64,000 nucleotides of DNA from Amphiscolops sp. MND2022 (lineage: Eukaryota). Positions 61,795 through 64,000 of the stretch are shown in pieces. The notes beneath the pieces are model-generated. The model had not been told where the DNA came from. It saw only the letters and a list, made by a program, of their open reading frames with translations, and made no database searches. Both the position numbers and the translations under genes were made by a program. How positions within the stretch are numbered: position 1 is the stretch's first letter; the number at the start of each line of letters is the position of its first letter. The stretch covers positions 10,976,001 to 11,040,000 of the forward strand of contig OZ076409.1 in NCBI GenBank assembly GCA_964187785.1, read 5' to 3'.

Positions 61795-64000
61795 CAATCA
61801 ACAACGCGATTTTGTCCCAATGGCTCTAAAGATAACATCTCAATTTGTCTTTTGAATGTGAGGGGGCTAAATAGCAAAATGAATTTGAAAGAAATCCAAC
61901 GAGTAGTCAGTGCGAATGACATTGCTGGACTTACAGAAACGCTATCTAATGTTTTTGACGCTGAAGAATTCAATGAGTATGAAACTTTCACTGGAACTGA
62001 TAAGTCGAAACTGAAAGGCTTCCGGGGCCTTGTTCTTCTAATACGTAAGAGCCTGAAATATCACTTTACTGAAAGCAATCTTGGACTATGGCTGGATGTA
62101 AATTTTAACTGCGTTGACTACTCGATTGGACTTTACTATATACCGTGTGAAAGCTCGAGACATTGGGATGGCAATTATTTTGATGAAATCCAAGAAGACA
62201 TACTTAAGTTTCAAAATCCGTCGCGTAATATTTTATTATTGGGTGATTTCAATGCCCGAACTGGAAACCTAGATGACTGTCTTCTACTATACGGTGAGAT
62301 AAATAATATAGAATCTAGAGCAAATAGAGATACAAAGATCAACTCAAATGGTAGGCTGCGAGTTGATCTATGTAAAACAACAGAAATTGCAATTCTCAAT
62401 GGTAGAATCGGCGAAGACAAGCATATCGGCGAATACACGTGCGTAACACATAATGGAAAAAGTAGTGTTGATTACTTTCTCGCGGAGCACTATTGCTTCG
62501 ACTCAATTCTAAACCTCTCTGTAAAAAATTTCGATCCATCTCTATCCGATGTTCATTGCTGTCTAGTACTCGAACATGGATGCAGCAAAGTATCCCCAAA
62601 GATCGAATCTCCTCAAAATGCAACTCAAATGAAACGCATTTGGAACGAAGCCAAGAAAAAAGACTTTTTGAACCACTTAAGTACAAAGGATTTTTCGGAA
62701 ATTCAAGCTTTTTTCGAGGCTGAAATGCAAGTAAGTACAGTAAGAAAGATACAGTAGTGAATAAAGGTAATGCCCTTCTGAAAGAATTATTACTCGATAG
62801 TGCCAAGTCAGTTGGCGCTTTAGAACATAAACGTAAACCCGAATTTGTACCATGCAATGACTGGGTCAATAATGACTGCTAAATCCGACGGCGCATATAC
62901 CGCAGAAAGTTACGGGATGCAAATAAAACATCCAATCATTGCGAGAGGAAAGCAGCGGCTAAAGAATACAAGTTGTTTTTGCTGCAAAAGAAAAGTAAAT
63001 GGGATTCTGACATTAATCAGCTACTACGCCAGAAAAAATTTACAACCCGAAAGAATATTGGTCTTTTTTCAAAAGACTCTCAAGAGAACTAAACAATATC
63101 CCCATTGAGAAATCTAAATTATACGATCACTTTAAGTACCTGAACAATGCTCCGCAAGTTTTTGTTAATATAAATGATGTCAATGATGATTTGAATGTAC
63201 CCATTACTGAGAGTGAAGTACGTTCCTGTATGAAAAAGATTAAAAATGGGAAATCAGCTGGTCTCGATGATATCTACCCTGAATTTATAAAGTATGTTCC
63301 CGATGAACTTGTTCTCATGATAACAACATTTTTCAATAAAATACTTGATATAGGGATAGTGCCCGATGACTGGGCGACCTCAATATACCAGCCCATTTTC
63401 AAAAAAGGGGACAAAATGGACCCCAACAACTACCGGGGTATATCTCTAGCCAGCTGTGTCTGTAAGCTCTTCACCTCGGTGCTCACTGAAAGAATCCAAA
63501 ACGACCTAGAGAAACGAGATGTGTTAGGATTGGAACAAGCAGATTTTAGAAAAAATACTGGATGCGTTGATCATGTTTTCATTATATCATCAATCATGAG
63601 CACATACCTTGCACAAAAGAAAAAACTTTTTGTTACATTCATCGACTATGAAAAAGCCTTCGATAAGGTAGACCATGGATTACTTTGGCAAAAACTAGGA
63701 CAAGCTAAAATAACGGGAAAAATTTTACGTGTCATCCAAAGCCTCTATCAGAAAATCAAAGCACGTGTTCGAGTTAAAGGAGAACTAACTGATGTCTTTA
63801 ATTGCAATATAGGTGTACGTCAAGGTGACAATTTATCGCCACTTCTTTTCATATTTTTTCTCAATGATTTCAATAACTTGATACGAACGGAATCTGAAGG
63901 TATTTGTCCGAATGCAGAGCGAAGTGAAGAGCTTACCACTTTTTTGAAGATGTACTGACTTCTATATGCAGATGATACGCTTCTGCTTAGTGAAACTGAG
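61795..64000 (+). pseudogene. LINE ORF2p (AP endonuclease + reverse transcriptase), disrupted by frameshifts at ~62750-63100 and a TGA at 63956-63958
   Basis: LNVRGL, GLTET, LLGDFNAR, SSVDY, SDVH (EN); KSAGLDDI, NYRGISL, FIDYEKAFD, GVRQGDNLSPLLF, LYADD (RT). Confidence 0.93.

Larger units (their letters stand above)
59230..64000 (+). mobile_element. APE-type LINE (CR1/L2-group-like) with three ORFs; runs off the window end; 5' boundary uncertain
   Basis: ORF0, ORF1 and ORF2 in tandem on the + strand with endonuclease and RT motifs. Clade assignment is tentative. Confidence 0.85.

Overview
AT-rich, repeat-dense metazoan (probably invertebrate) genomic DNA. All coordinates and splice models were derived by hand. 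The dominant feature is a complete 15,987-bp Ty3/Gypsy-type LTR retrotransposon (1725-17711; 1,723-bp LTRs; GGTCC target-site duplication) with an unusual layout. (i) Gag starts inside the LTR and is translated through the primer-binding site. (ii) Pol is reached by a -1 frameshift. (iii) After pol lies an antisense, five-exon, ~1,300-aa gene with a BED-type zinc finger and what looks like a catalytically dead hAT-transposase fold. (iv) A fourth, sense ORF runs into the 3' LTR exactly where the polypurine tract should be, and no PPT is visible. The element sits in an ~18-kb intron of a + strand host gene with a discoidin (F5/8 type C)-like domain. A convergent - strand ARHGAP6/36-like RhoGAP gene (8 exons seen) occupies 39236-58479. 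The window ends in a three-ORF LINE whose ORF2 is in frame with ORF1 behind a UAG-CAA-UCA stop matching the TMV-type readthrough signal. Introns are filled with MITEs, HINE/Helentron-like elements, an internally deleted hAT element and five spacer-less perfect palindromes of 48-408 bp.
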